Assembly (NCBI RefSeq): GCF_009914755.1
Contig: NC_060935.1
DNA length: 64,000 bases
From: the human T2T-CHM13v2.0 reference genome, Homo sapiens
Reading direction: 5' to 3' (one strand)
Shown: one piece after another, positions 14,068 to 28,800 of the stretch
How the letters are laid out: every line of letters begins with the position of its first letter
Position numbering within the stretch: the first letter of the stretch is position 1
The notes under the pieces: generated by a model
What the model was told of the DNA's origin: nothing
Database searches by the model: none
What the model saw: only the letters and a program-made list of their open reading frames with translations
Program-made: the position numbers and the translations under genes

Positions 14068-14679
14068 GAAATATTATCTTTCTAACATTAGCTCACCTCT
14101 CAGTACCCCTAGGTTATAGTCATTTGGCCAGTCTCCCTATTGCCTGTAAACACAACTCCTTCAAATTTAGTATATGAATTATTTACCAAGTTTATTCCAC
14201 AGCCCAACTCTAGTTACTTAACTCTACTCCTTATAATTATTCAATGTCTCTCTATTACCTACCAAGACCAGTAATATGTTTTTATACCAGCCGTCAATAC
14301 CTTATCTAGTATCTCTCCAAATTACCTTTTTTTTTTTTTTACCTCATCTCTCATCCCTCTCACCCACTTCCCTTGCCCTCTGATGAAACAAAGTTACTAA
14401 TTATTTCTTCGAATAGTCCTCAAACATTGCTGCTTCTATGGTTTTGTTTCTACAGTATCCTTTATCTAAAAAAAATTTTCCTTTTCTTTGCCAACTGAGA
14501 TCCTATCAACTCTCTATGGTCCATTTCAAATACTCTCATACTCCATAAAGTATTTGCTGATTCTTCCAGCTGAATGGCATCTCTTTCTCCTTGGAACCCC
14601 TATAATATGCTTCTTATATGTTTCTAATAGAGCTTCCCTTTCTTTTATTGTGATATGGAGATTTGTCAGTTGCACATAG

Positions 14680-15055
14680 AGGGGTGGCAAGTGCTTGGTG
14701 TGTATATGATTATTGTGCTCATGGAGAGCAGCATGAGTTGATCATAGCTCTCTTTCTTGAGACCCCAGGTACTTGCCCAGAATGCTTCCTCACTTAACAT
14801 GAAGTCAAGGAAGCCACTCCCAAGTGATTGGAGTTACCATGCAAAATGAAATTCAACTGGCATTCTCATTATAGTAGCTCCCATCTCATAGGAGCTTCTA
14901 ACTACTCCCACTCTTCCTACCAGATACCTTGCCTGGGACTCAGCATAACTCTTCCATTACAGCTGTAGAGAGAGTTCCAGAGTTTTTGCTGAGATCTTCC
15001 TGTCTCCTGATTCTCCATTTTCTTAGGCCAGGGCACTGCTTCAGACTACAAAGAA
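14680..15055. mobile_element. Probable old ERVL-class LTR (LTR16/33-like)
   Basis: Composition and motifs such as 'gagaccccaggtacttgcccag'; weak recall match. Confidence 0.35.
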
Positions 15056-15157
15056 AAGGAGGCCAATTGCTTTAGGGCTTTGAGTTCTTTTGCTATAGTT
15101 TTCCTAGAAGCTCTACTTACAGACATATAGATACTGGATCATTAAAAATTGCAATTA

Positions 15158-16249
<1,092 letters not shown>

Positions 16250-17639
16250 AAAAATTGCAATTACCCTGTTAAAGAACCTAAAATTCAGGCTATCACACCT
16301 GTTTTAACGTGAGTATAGATTTTCCGTCTCGAAATTATAAGGCTATTACATTGACATCACATTTATTCCCCATATAAACTGGTCAGATTTTACCTTAGGT
16401 GAGCAGACACTGGTCTAGATGCAATCTGTCGCCTTCTTACAGATCATAGCTTGACATTTGGAATACTATATTGTTTGCCACTCTCTCACACACAAACATA
16501 TGCATGACGATGAGAAAACAAAAAATGAAAGAATGCAAGAAATAATTAAGGAAAGACAGGAAGAAAGAGAAACAATACAAAAATGAGTTTAAATTTTTTT
16601 AATTTAGGATATTGTTTCATTAAGATTTTATTTATATTAAAAATAATTTTCACAATAATCACACATTTCAGAAGAATATTTGAAAAACAAAACAATCTTG
16701 CCTTTTCAATGTTCTTAACTATTTTCTGCATTGCAGTGTTTTCCCCCTTCTTTTTTAAGTGGGACATTGTTTTTCCTGACACAGTGGAAATGTAAATTAC
16801 TTTCCCTTTTTCACTGTTCCATCATGTAGACACAAAAAAACAAACCTGTTTGAGAGACCAAGATGATTAATGTCTACAGTGCATCAAGTATTCACTACCT
16901 GTGCCATTCATTTCATTTCCACTCTACTGTAAACTGAGAAACCTTTAGTTATTTCGAAAGTACATTGCCAACTGAGGGAATACATTCTGAGTAAATTTCA
17001 AGTTCCATCAGGTTTTGCTTAAAACTCTCTGAGGAGGAAGGCGAGTAGGGAAAGCAGAGGAGAGAAGAGAAAAAGATGGAGAGGAGAGGATTGTTTTTCC
17101 CCATCTTTTATATTTTTTATTCTTTTTTACATTTCCTTTTCTGGGCTCCTTTCCAGCACCATATTCACACAATTCAATAATTTATAACCTAACATAAATC
17201 AGATACCAACCACAGTTAAATGTGATTTGTTATATGTGTGGATTTCTGTTTATGGTATCTTTATTGAGATTTTCAGCAATAAGATGTAATATGTAATCTC
17301 TACCTATTTAAAAGCTTCCTGCTGTTTGATCACAAAAATGATTTGCGTCTCCTTATCTCAGTGGAGAGAATATTTGATACAAGGTTGCCTGCCATGAAGT
17401 CTCTGTGGTGTAGTGTGCCTGGTGAACTGCCTACTCTGCACTGGAGCATACGGCGTGTGCCGTTTCTGTGGAATTAGACGCTATGGCTGGTGGCTGATAA
17501 ATGGCAATTTAGGTGTGAAGGGAATTAGCTTAATATAAACTCAGAATTTCTTCCCCCACCCCCAACAGATGGTTCATATGGTGATATCTTCTGAAGAGAA
17601 TATAGCCTGGCCAGTTTGTTTCCCTTAATATACCAGATG

Positions 17640-17860
17640 TGATAGAAGTAGCACCAATTTGGGAGTCAGATTCCACAAGTTCAAATACTGGTAACCACAC
17701 AATTTTGAATCATAACCTCAAGGGAGATATAGCACTTTTGACTCCTCATTTTCCTCATCTGGAAGTAAAGAAGTAGTATCTAATTTTCAAGGTTGGGAGA
17801 ATTAAGTGAGATACTTATAAAGTTCTCTAGTGTAATGTCCATCATAGAGTAGGCATTCAA
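17640..17860 (-). mobile_element. MIR remnant
   Basis: 'tttgggagtcaga...cctcattttcctcatctg...gagaattaagtgagata'. Confidence 0.8.
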
Positions 17861-18189
17861 GAAAAAGGAAGTGTTGGAATCCTGCCATATATAGAAAGAG
17901 AATGAGAGAAAACACCACTTTGTGGTTTCACTGGGGCTCTGCAAACATGCCTGTGGGTTTTACTTTGTTGTACAGTTCTCTGGAAATCCTGTGTTGAAAC
18001 TACAACCTGGAGGAGTGTTTGTTTTCATGCAATGGCTTAAGTGATCACACCTCTATATTAATGTGTGTCTATCAATAACAATAATGGCAATAATAATAAA
18101 TAATACACTCTAATGAAAGGCTGGAGGAGTAAAAATATTTAGTGGGTGTTTGTGTGAAAAAGTTATTTGAGGTCTGCAGTTGCACTGAA

Positions 18190-18355
18190 ACTACAGTGAG
18201 ATGAGTGAGACCCTTACCTCAGGTAAAATCTAAGAGGTTGCCAAAAAAACTCAGTGATCAAGATAAATGATTTTCTAATGCAGTATTTTTCAAAAGAGAA
18301 AATTAATGCAAGCATATCTACAATGGACAAATATTACTTTTTTTAAAAAGACGAG
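18190..18355. mobile_element. hAT-type DNA transposon remnant (MER96/MER81-like)
   Basis: 'ccaaaaaaactcagtgatcaagataaat...aatgcagtatttt...aaaattaatgcaa' resembles recalled consensus. Confidence 0.5.
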
Positions 18356-18979
18356 ATTCAATGAGGTATGATTCAGGTGAGGTAAATGATTCAGGTGAGG
18401 TGAATGATTCAGTAGATTTGATTCAGTAGATCAAATCATGGCACAACTATGAGGTTCAATGAAGGTGTGAATAAGTCAGACAGTGCCTTGTTAGGACTTT
18501 AAGTGTTGGCTGTGAGATTTTTACTGAAAAGCAGTTTGATAGACCTTGCTGAATGATTTGGAGGTTTGTACTGATGACCTTTCTCATCCCGTTGCTTTGT
18601 CAATAATACATGGTATCCTAGATTTTTGTGTGTGAGTTCTGTTCACCCCAGGCCATAGTAGGAGACATAAATTTGTGATGACAGAGTTTGAAGTACAGTG
18701 CTGGCAAGTTTGCAATAAAGTATCAAATGTTTAGGCATTCTCAAATTCAAGGAAAATATCACTCTTTGTTTTCAAAACAGATTAATTGATGGAAAAATAA
18801 TAGGATATTTTCCTCATTTAGTTATTTTCTCTGAAATTATAGTTATAAAAAATTCTGTTAGAGATATTTTTTCCTGTTTTTAACTCAGTCTGGAAATTAG
18901 AAACATGATAATGATTTTGTTTGGGGTGAATTTAGCAAATTTATAGATAGGACATAAATGATTTTGTAATTAAATAATA

Positions 18980-19200
18980 GGAGCTATAATTTATAAATGC
19001 CTACTAAATGCCAGGCAGTGAACCAAGAGTTTTCATCCCTATCTGCTTCAATACTCAGATGAGCTTCCTAGGATTTGTCATTTTATAGGCAAAGAAACTG
19101 AAACTTATAGAAACTGAATTATGCAAAATCACCCAGTTAATAAATGACAGAACCAAGATTTGAACCCATGTTTTTCTAATCATGATGTCCATGCTTAGTG
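18980..19200 (+). mobile_element. MIR remnant
   Basis: 'gcctactaaatgccaggca...aagaaactgaaactt...gatttgaaccca'. Confidence 0.8.
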
Positions 19201-20399
19201 CATTAAGACCAGAGTTAGATGTTGAACATTTGTACTTTTTGTTTAGAGGGAAGTGTGTCTATGGAACATGAAGTATCAGGAAGAAAATTTACATCAGTCT
19301 CAGAGAAGTTTACCTCCTTTGAAGTTTTGGGCTGTGAAAATTCCAGAAATAGAGAAATGAGAATAACCTACTATAAACTCAGTGGATAGAATCTAACCCC
19401 TTAAGTATAACTCCTGGCCTGGGGAAGGGAGGGTGACATGGTGGCATTTGGGTAAGGCAGAGGCCTGCAGCTTGCCAGCTGCAGAAAGTCTCATGAGTCC
19501 CATTTGCAACCCTCACATTGCAACCCTTAGCCAACCAGAGGTATCCCAGGGTATCTGAAGAAAGCCTCCAGTTCTGCAGTCATCCTGGGAAGTAATTCTG
19601 GCCCCTGATTATGGCACACTCTCTAGTCTCAACGACATGTATGGAATGTGGTGTTAGGTATTCCAACACTTTGGCTAATAGGAAATTCATACAGTAGCAA
19701 AACATATGAGAAACTTTATTAAACAACAACAACAAAAAACCCTTGATTGCCAATTCAGAAGGCACCTGATACCTTTTCTGTGGCTCACTGCCACGGTTCT
19801 CAGTATCAGTATCACGATGTGACAGATGTTCAGCCCTGCTGAGTCATCCAGAATTCTGAGGGATGATGGAGATGCGAGATAAACCATAACCCAGGATGTC
19901 AAATCTGGATGGACAATCTGGACCTCCTCTTATGGTAGTTTTGCAACTGCATCGTGGAAAAATGACACTCAAGGGTGCTGGGGGTGGGGGGGAGATATAG
20001 TAAATGTGGGCTTCAGCATCTACCCCATTATCCATCTTAGATGCTTCACTTTCATGGTTCTAGAAATAATTTTGAAAAAAAAGTGTGGCTGCTTTGAAAG
20101 ATGAGCTTAAAGAAATCTCTAATCAAATCCTATTCCCTCATCTTACTTTCACAAAATCTGATTTCCACAGAGGTTCTGTGCCTTGCCTAAGGCCTCACAT
20201 GGGTTACTAAGAATACGGAAATAGGAACCTAGACCTTCTGACACCTGGCTTCAGGTTCTGTCCTTATTTTAGCCTGTGTCTGTTTGCACACCTGTTCCAA
20301 GGTGGCCCAACTGCATGGTCACCCCTTCTCCTCAAATCTTACTTGTATGTCATCTGTGTGGAATAGCAAAGCAATTTCTCTGATGTAGAAAAATATTTT

Positions 20400-20770
20400 T
20401 GAGGGTATGGCAAGATCTCAACATTAATTTCACCCCATGACCTGTCACAATTTGAATCAATCCTTCCAGAGGTAAAATGCAGGCCATATTTCATCAGCTG
20501 TCAGGAGGCAGGGGGCATCAGTGGAAGCATGTAAACAACATTCTGGTTTATATTCCTCATATAGAGGAAATAATAGAATGATCAAGATTTTTTTGTTGTT
20601 CACAATGGTAGTAAAATCTTTACAGCCCTGCATTTAATGACAGGCTGGTATTTCTGAAGCCTTACAACACAAACTCACCTAGAATTAAAGACTAGGGAGA
20701 AAGGAATTCATGAACTTGAGCTACTGTGATTATTACCCAGAAAGGCTAATTACATGTCTAATGAGCTTGA
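20400..20770. promoter_or_regulatory. Candidate enhancer-like unique block
   Basis: Repeat-free; TGACCTGTCA, CAGCTGTCA, TGTAAACAA, TGACAG and TAATTA motifs. Confidence 0.3.
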
Positions 20771-21859
20771 TACAGGTGAAAGATGTAGTAGAGGTTCTCT
20801 GCTGCTGGGCCTGGTAAGAGGTCTTTGGAAATGAAGGTAATTCCAATATTTTTATGGAAGAAGAGTGGGGGAGAGGGTGGGTCAAGAAAGAAAGAACTGA
20901 TGGAACTGATGGTACTTATAGCAACATGATGTGCTATGCAGGGTGTTTTGGTTTTACTCTTTTTTATTCAAACATACACACAGCATTTTTGGAAGTTAAT
21001 GGAAGTTGTGAATAATATCTTCAAAAATATTTGCATATGTGTATATACATTATGAACATTTTGAGAATGAGAAAGGGATTTTTAGTGACCATAGAAAGTC
21101 TCTTCATTGACTTGTGGGCATTCCTGGATCACAGCCTAAGAGTCACTGATACGGCAAATGGACTCTCCCTCCGGTGTACTACCTGTATTCATGAGGGTTT
21201 ATATTATACCTGCTAAACCATTCTCTTCTCTTAAGTTCTTCTTGTTTTAATAAAAAGAAATCTTCAGATTGTTCATAATTATAAAATATAATGTTTTCTT
21301 CTGATTATGATTTTCACTGCATCATTTGGGTTTCTAAGTACATTTTAGGGAAGGGGAATGCGGCTATGTGCAATGGGCATTTGATAATCAAATCTCCTAA
21401 TGTCAGTTGCTTTGGGTAAGGGGAACCCCCAGATAATCCCGGAATAGTTTCAACCTGTTTCAATGCAGGACTTCCCTTCTTCCCACCTTCCCTCCTCAAG
21501 CTTCTAATAGGCAACTACATTTACTAGGACAATTTCTATCTCCTTTGCTTTGTTCAACATTAGAATGAGGCATTAAAGAATAAAGAGATGCACCCCCCTC
21601 CCTCCCAAAAAAAGCATAAGCAGGAAAAGAAGACAACTAAAGAGCCACGATAATCCCTGAGGCACCTCTTGAATTACTCAGTTAACCATACCAAGTTTAT
21701 GCTATTCACTCCTGCAGGGCTGTTAAACTACCTGAAACTAGAGTGAGTTGGAGCTTTGACTGAGGAAGCTGAACTTGTCTGAGAAACTCTTATCTCTGAA
21801 AGCACAAATTGAGCATCATTTCCTTCACCTTCCCCTGCTCTTGCACTTAGCAACTTATA

Positions 21860-23100
21860 AAAGAAAGACCAGGGCCATTAGAGAAAGCTGGGTAACTGTG
21901 CCTTTGCTTGTCAGCCGTGTCCAGAGGTGCACAGCCTGTGGTGACTACCTTGAAGCCAGTTGCCTTGGAGGAAAACTAGTGATTTAGGCAGGGTAGGGTA
22001 AATGCCTCTTTTCCAGACTTAAAAGGATTGAATTTCTCAGTATGAGGTTGATAACACCAGACCATCTCATTTTTGGCAGTTTGATTGACAACTTTCTCTT
22101 CTTGTTGATCTGTATGCATCTAGATTAAAAATGTAGTGATGATGCCAGTTTATAGATCATTGTTTCTTGTGTTTGTTTGTTTTGCTTATCATTCATTTCC
22201 TTTCATTTCCCCCCTATTTTTTCTATTTTTACAGGAATTGTCCTGGATAGTAACTGTCACTGTGGCGTCTCTTTAATTGATGACAGCTGAGTACCCAGGC
22301 TGGGGTTTTTAATCACTTAATTTGCAAGAGAGGATTACACCATGTTTCCCTTCCTTTTGCTTAAACTTAAGAGGTTAAGCAAAAGGAGAAGGGCTGGGGG
22401 TTTTCCATTCTCTGGCACTGGTGCTAGAAAGCAGAAGCAGGAACCAGGTGTTTGAAACTCAGGGATGTATGCCAAATGACACTTTAATTGTCATTAATTA
22501 GGTTCCATTCATCAGGGACTGTTATTTCCATAGTCCTTAAAATTCAGCATGTTCTCCATCTTCAAGAGGAGTTGGGAGAGGACGGAGGGAAGCTTCTTGA
22601 TAAAACAACTTTTAATGCTGTGTGCCTGCAAAGAAATGATGTCTCTTGCGACAATTGAAGTATGCATTGTTTTGGTCTCCTGGAGGCCCTGCTGCTGTAA
22701 CACTCTAGGAAGGAAATATCTTTCTTCAGAGAGAAAATAGAACGCTACATAAGGTGTTTTCAAGTGCTTGATGATTCTGTGCTGAGAGCAAAGATTGTTG
22801 TCTGTTTTCCTACCCACCTCTTGACTGTAATTGATCTACTTTGCTCAGACTTGGGAGTAATTTAAGAAAAGACAGAGTTTTTAAAAATGATATTCATAGA
22901 AGGGTGATGTGCTAAATTAAATACTACCTTGGATGGGATAATTTAATGCTGTAACCTTGGGTGAGGCTGCCTCCTTAATAATTAGTGAGGAGACTGGCTT
23001 CATAAATGGTAGCCTGTAAGGGCATTCATTTCCCCTTCAAAGACATTTAGCTCCTGAACCTGTGCTTCCTGCATTAATTAGTCATCAACTAAGGAAAATG
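21860..23100. promoter_or_regulatory. Candidate conserved non-coding element / enhancer
   Basis: About 1.2 kb with no recognisable repeat; clustered TAATTG/TAATTA and TGACAG motifs. Confidence 0.4.
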
Positions 23101-23559
23101 AGGAGAAAGAAATGGGGAAATGTTGGCCTTCGGTTGCAAATATCTTTTCCAAATTCTATAAAACAAGACTAGAATTCTTTGAAGAAAGTTGAGATGACAG
23201 ATAAATAGATTCTCTATTTTCACTACTTCCTCTTTACTTTTAATCTGGAAGATGTTAATATGGTGATTTTTAAAGGATTTCCAACCACTGCTAAAACACA
23301 TGCAAAAAACACATGTAACAGCAATTGGGTCTTCAGAATCATACATCTAATATGATGGAGCTGGTGACAGGTTATTCTAACAGGGAATGGCACTAGAAGC
23401 AACTTATGGGCAGCTTGACCCATCTTCATTTGCAGTGACACATATGGAAAAATTCTAGGTCCTTTGTTTTCCTTCAATATTTAGTTGAGTCAGGAAAACA
23501 ATTGGGTAAATTGAATTTTATTTAATTTATATCCTGTCTCAAGTTCATGATGATGATTA

Positions 23560-23800
23560 ACCTATGTAATCCTCACAAATATAAGTTTATTTTTTTTAGT
23601 GGATGAGAAAACTGGAGGAGTACAAAATTAAATAATTTGCCCGAAGTCCACAACTGGTGTCAGTGGGGACACAAACCAAGGCAGCATGGCTACAACTTCA
23701 TGCACCTAAACAGTATAATATATACTATTAAATGTGTGGACATGTATAAAGGACTTAGCACAGGACCTAGAATGTATTCTGTGTTATCCGAGTGTTTGCT
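23560..23800. mobile_element. MIR remnants
   Basis: 'gatgagaaaactggagg...aatttgcccgaagtc' and 'cttagcacaggacctag'. Confidence 0.65.
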
Positions 23801-24589
23801 GCTGCTTCTTGTTCTTGCTCTTGTTTGTCTACCTCTTCTCCTCTCCCTTTTATTTCTACCTTCTTCTTTACTTTATAATAATAATTATTGTCATTTTCAT
23901 TTTGATAGTGCAGTATACCATATCCCAGTTTCCATTAATGAGGTGCTGCATTTCTTACCTTTTTGGTGGTATTTACTCAGAAGTTACTAGGAATCTTTTT
24001 ATTCATTATTCAAAGTTGTTTATATTTTTCATGTATTTACAGATTTATGTATTAAAAATGTTTCTGATTTTTTTTTTCAATTCAGATTCATCGTTTAAGG
24101 GGTTTCCAGATTTAAAGAAGGATAGCTTGTTTGTCTCTCAAACATGACCCTGTGGGTTTTTTTCCTTTTTACTAGTAAATCATCTGTGATGTACCTAATA
24201 GAGATGTTATGAATCAGAATGATTTTACCACATAAAGTTGATATGGTCAACATTTAAAATGCAGGAAAGTAGTTAATAGATTAGAAAAGTTTGATTAGTG
24301 ATCTTCAGCAGTAGATGATTGTCAAAAGCAACTTCCTTCTCATCCCCATTACCTGAGCCTATTCTAACTCTTATATTTGATTTTTTACTAGGGTCAGGCC
24401 TCCCTATGAGTCCCACTTCTAAGGTGGGTCCTACTTCACTCCCTATTAGTCCCACCTCACATCCTTTACCCATGGTGTTTTCTTTGAAAAACACAAAATG
24501 AAACAAAACAAAACAAGTCTATCTTCTCCAAATCCCATCCAGCTCAACAGTATCTGCACCTAGGGACTTTTCTTCTTTTTAATCACCAT

Positions 24590-25085
24590 TAATTTAGAGG
24601 CTCACCATGTCCCAAGCACTATGCAAATTCTTTACATACACTGGCTAAATGAATCCTCAAAATAGTCCTATGAGCTAGGCGTTATTATTTTTATATATAT
24701 GAGAAATGCTTTTTTCAGCTTTAATTAGTCAGTTGAACTTTCACTTATTCAACAGGGGTTTACTGAACACTGGCTTATGTTATACTCTGTGGGATGGGTT
24801 GCTAGAAATACAGTACTGAGAAAAATAGGGTTTCTGCTTCTGGGGATGGTGGTAGAAGACATGAAGCTGTCGTGCAGATGAATATGTTTATGCTTCAGTA
24901 AGTTATTTGGATAGAAGCTAAGGGAGCTGTGGAAGAATGGCTTTTGAAACCAGGTAGGCAACATTTCAGGCCTTGATGGCTATATGATCTTGGTCAACTT
25001 ATCTACTGATTTGCCTTAGTAGTAGTAACTATAGTAGTATCTACTACTTTGCCTATGTAGTCACTGTAACAATTGAGGGATTAAT
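24590..25085. mobile_element. MIR/L2 remnant cluster
   Basis: 'ccaagcactatgc...aatcctcaaaatagtcctatgag', 'ttattcaacag...tactgaacac', 'tgatcttggtcaactt'. Confidence 0.55.
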
Positions 25086-25269
25086 TAAAATAAATAAATC
25101 AAAATAGAATGTGTAGATGTAAATGGAATTTGGGGTGGCAGAGTTCCATTCATCAAACTGCACATGTGTACTGAGCACATATTAGCACAGTGCTAATTGC
25201 TGTTCAAAAGTTTTGCCTTCTCTTTTTTATGGGTCTTTTCCTTTCAGGTCTCTAAACCACCACTTATTA

Positions 25270-25605
25270 ATACTTTCCCATTGAAGAAATATACTTCCCA
25301 CCCTGATAACATCAAGCTTGCCTAATGACTTGCTTTGGCCAATAAAATATAAGTAGAAGTAACTTGTATAATTTCTGATAAGAAGCTTTAAAGCCATTGC
25401 ATAGTTCAGCTACCTCCTTTTTAAAAATCTGTGCCTTGAAGATAGCGTGTCCAAAATACAGACCATTCCTTATGTGTGGATTTCAGAGTGAAGAGGTTTA
25501 GAGCACACTTGCATCCAATCTTCATGAGCACGTAAAGTGAATGAGAATTATCATTGTAAAAAGCAGAGATGTTGAGGTTGTTTATTACTACAGCATGACT
25601 AGCCT
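25270..25605 (+). mobile_element. MaLR LTR (MLT1G/H-like)
   Basis: 'gacttgctttggccaataaaat' and 'ggttgtttattactacagcat' are MLT1 hallmarks. Confidence 0.7.
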
Positions 25606-28600
25606 AAAATTATCGATGCATAATCACAAGAGCAGAGAGGGAGGGTCTCTACGCTCACCCACTTCTGCCACCCCCTTAATGACACTTGTTCACATTTGCC
25701 TGTTTCAGGAAGTCTGGATGAGTGAAGAAGAAAATTGGGGGCTGTGTTCCTTTGGTTACTTACACTGCTCTGTAATGCACGACCTTTGACCAAGTCTCTT
25801 ATACTTGAGAGCTAGCATTTCAGCCCAAAGCATAAAACAGTGGCATCAAATCCTGGTAAAGGTAAAAATTAGTGAGAGAAGTGGGGAGCTATGATGAAAA
25901 ATCCCAAACTGATCTTTTATCCTTCAAGAAACCGTTGCAAGTTCTGAAATTGCCATATTAAATTGGAAAAAAAATTCTATCAACTGTTTCCTCATCAGTT
26001 ATTATGGAAACCGTCACATTTTTGTGTAATAATGCTAGCCTGCACATTAGGAAAAAGAAACTTCTAAGTTGTAGATAGAAGAGACTTTTAGGGGTCACGG
26101 AAATAGAGTCCAATCAGTCATAAATTCAGCTTTTCTCATAAATCTTTACAGCAACTGTTGTCATCAACGGCATGTACCAAAATTCTCTGAGGAACATGAC
26201 ACTCTTCTTTGAATATTTCTTATTACTGGTCCCAAGGAGAAACAGTTTCCACTGTAGCAATTAGCTTAATGCACTATTTATAATATGACTTCAAAATATA
26301 ATCTTTCCCAACCATTTGAGAGAAAAGCCATCAGCTGTCACTTCGATGAAGAGAAAGGTGCAATATTCAAGTAAAAGTACACATAGAAGATATCAAGTAT
26401 ATAAATTTGAAATATGATAGAGAAATTAATTCATACGGTTTAGGAGAAATTTGTCTTTCATGAAGTACAGATCATATCATGTCTTTTATTCCTGATACTT
26501 ATACAAAGCTCTTTTCCACTGCCATGCATTTGCCATGCTGTTCCAATTATTTTTAATTTCTGGTCACTTATTGACAATTTGTTATAATCCTATTTTTTTA
26601 TTGCTTGCTGAGTTCATCTTATCTGCCTCTGTGTTCCCATATTACACTTGCCATATTAATACAATACTTAGAGGTGCGTGTGGGTGTGTGTGTGTGTACG
26701 TGTGTTTGAATGGATACAAAAACATATTGCACACTTGGTCCATTCAAGTGCATGTTGAATAAATCAATGAAATGCATGCTATTGAAAATGTAGTTATTAA
26801 GCTTATCTCAACTTTGTCGCATAACAAGTCATTAAGCCTCATAGTCTTCTACAAATGAAGGTATATTTGCAATATTGCACTACTCACTTAATAGTACATT
26901 AAATGAGAGAAGACTTAAGTTAAACATGGTAGATTAAACAAATCCACTTACTTTTGCTTCCTAAGTCCCCATAAAAGGAACAAAAATGATATAAATGATA
27001 GTAAAGGAGTTGTAAAAATGATGTAAATGTACAAATATGAAAAGAAGAGGAAAGGAGGTGATAGTGGCTGAAAATGGAAAATGCAAAACATGTCAATAAA
27101 TGGAAACTGACAGTAGATTAGAGAAAAATAAAAGTTAAGTATCTGCAGAGTTACTGAGAAAGAAACTTGGAAAGACCTGGGAATTGGCACCATAAAATAC
27201 CTCCAAAAATGAGATCAAGTATAGGAACGAAAAGAGGAAGACGGCATGAAAATTTCTCTGAAGAGTAATTAGACTCCCAGGTCCCCTTTCAGACAGAAGC
27301 TACATCTTCCCTGTCATCAGAAGACTGGAGGTTTGCTCTTATAAAAAATTGTATTAGAGTGGGTCCAGATATGGAAGCACCAGACACAACAAAAAGCAGG
27401 GTGAGAGTATATAAGGAAGTGTAAGTGTAAGACAGTCTTCAAAATGGCAGTATCCCATTCCACTCCTTTATTTGGCAGTCTGGCACTTTTCAAGAGGGTG
27501 ATTGGAAAATTCCTCCCTGAGGAAATTGATGACTTCAAAATAAAAGACCCTTAGGTACTAGAATTTGAATATTCAGCAACAAAATAATCAGTAAAGGCTA
27601 CAAGATAAATGAGACAAAGCAATCAAAATGGATAAAAGAAACTCAGAAAAAGAGAGACAATGTAGACAGAAGAAAATGCCAAGGAAAAGGCCGTAGTATT
27701 TGCAGAAATGAAAACACATTGTATTTATGAAACAATAACAGGATGTCATGAAAAGAAGCATTCAAAAAATACAGAAGAAGATTTGAAGATTAGAAAAATA
27801 TGGTACACATTAGCATGGTATAAGGTAGTGGAATAGGTAGCACCAGGAATCTGCCTCTTCACCTAAACAATGATTACACTGGCCAAATCTTTCTGACGTA
27901 ACTATTTTGAAACTCTGGAGTCTATTCCAAGGCTTGCAGTGTCCAGGGGAAGCCTTGAACAATAAACCACCCTTAATTTTAGCCAATTTCAGCTCTTATC
28001 TGGAGGTAGCAACCCATCCCCTACCCACCTCAACTCTGTGGCACATGCATGTGTTCCTGGAGCATATTGGATGAAGCTTGCAGGAGCCATGCTGGGCAAT
28101 AAAGATCCTGTCCTCCAGATATCAGAGATTTGTGTTCAGATTACTATCGCTGCTTCTGATTTTGCAGGTAGAGATACAAAGGCAGGAAGCCATTGTTGTA
28201 AGCCCTTCTCCACCACCCCCTCACGTCCCCACCCCACAGCATTACTGTAAGCTACTCCTTCTCCCACTAAAACAACTTCCAGGAGATTTAAAGAGCCAGC
28301 TTTCACATTGTGGGAGTCCCACAAGCAGACGAGAGAGAAAAAGGAGCAGAGAGATTATTTAAAGCAATAATGGCCAAAAACTCCCCAAGTTTGATAAAAG
28401 ACATGAATAAAACTATATCCACAAAGCTTAATGACCTCTAAGTAAGATGACCTGACATACCCAAACTGAGATACATTATAATCAAACCGTCAAAACCCCA
28501 AAACAAAGATAATCTGGAAAGCGGCAAGAGAGAAGTGACTCATCACATGTGAGGAATCCTCAACAAGATTATCAGCAGATTTTTCACCAAAACTTTGGAG

Positions 28601-28726
28601 GCCATTGTGTAGGGGCCTGATATATTCAAAGTGCTAAAAGAAAAAAAAGTAACTGTCAACCAAGAATTCACTGTCTGGAAAAAACCAACCTTCATAAGTG
28701 AGGAGGAAATTAAGACATTTACACAT

Positions 28727-28800
28727 ATGTGTGTGTGTGTGTGTGTGTGTGTACACACGCACGTGTATGTACACGTGCAAGAGAGAGAGAAGAAGAGAGA
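28727..28800. repeat. (TG)n/(CA)/(GA) compound microsatellite
   Basis: Direct reading. Confidence 0.85.

Noticed and set aside
23637-24147. Hydrophobic ORFs resembling membrane proteins
   Set aside because: Produced by T-rich low-complexity and MIR sequence.
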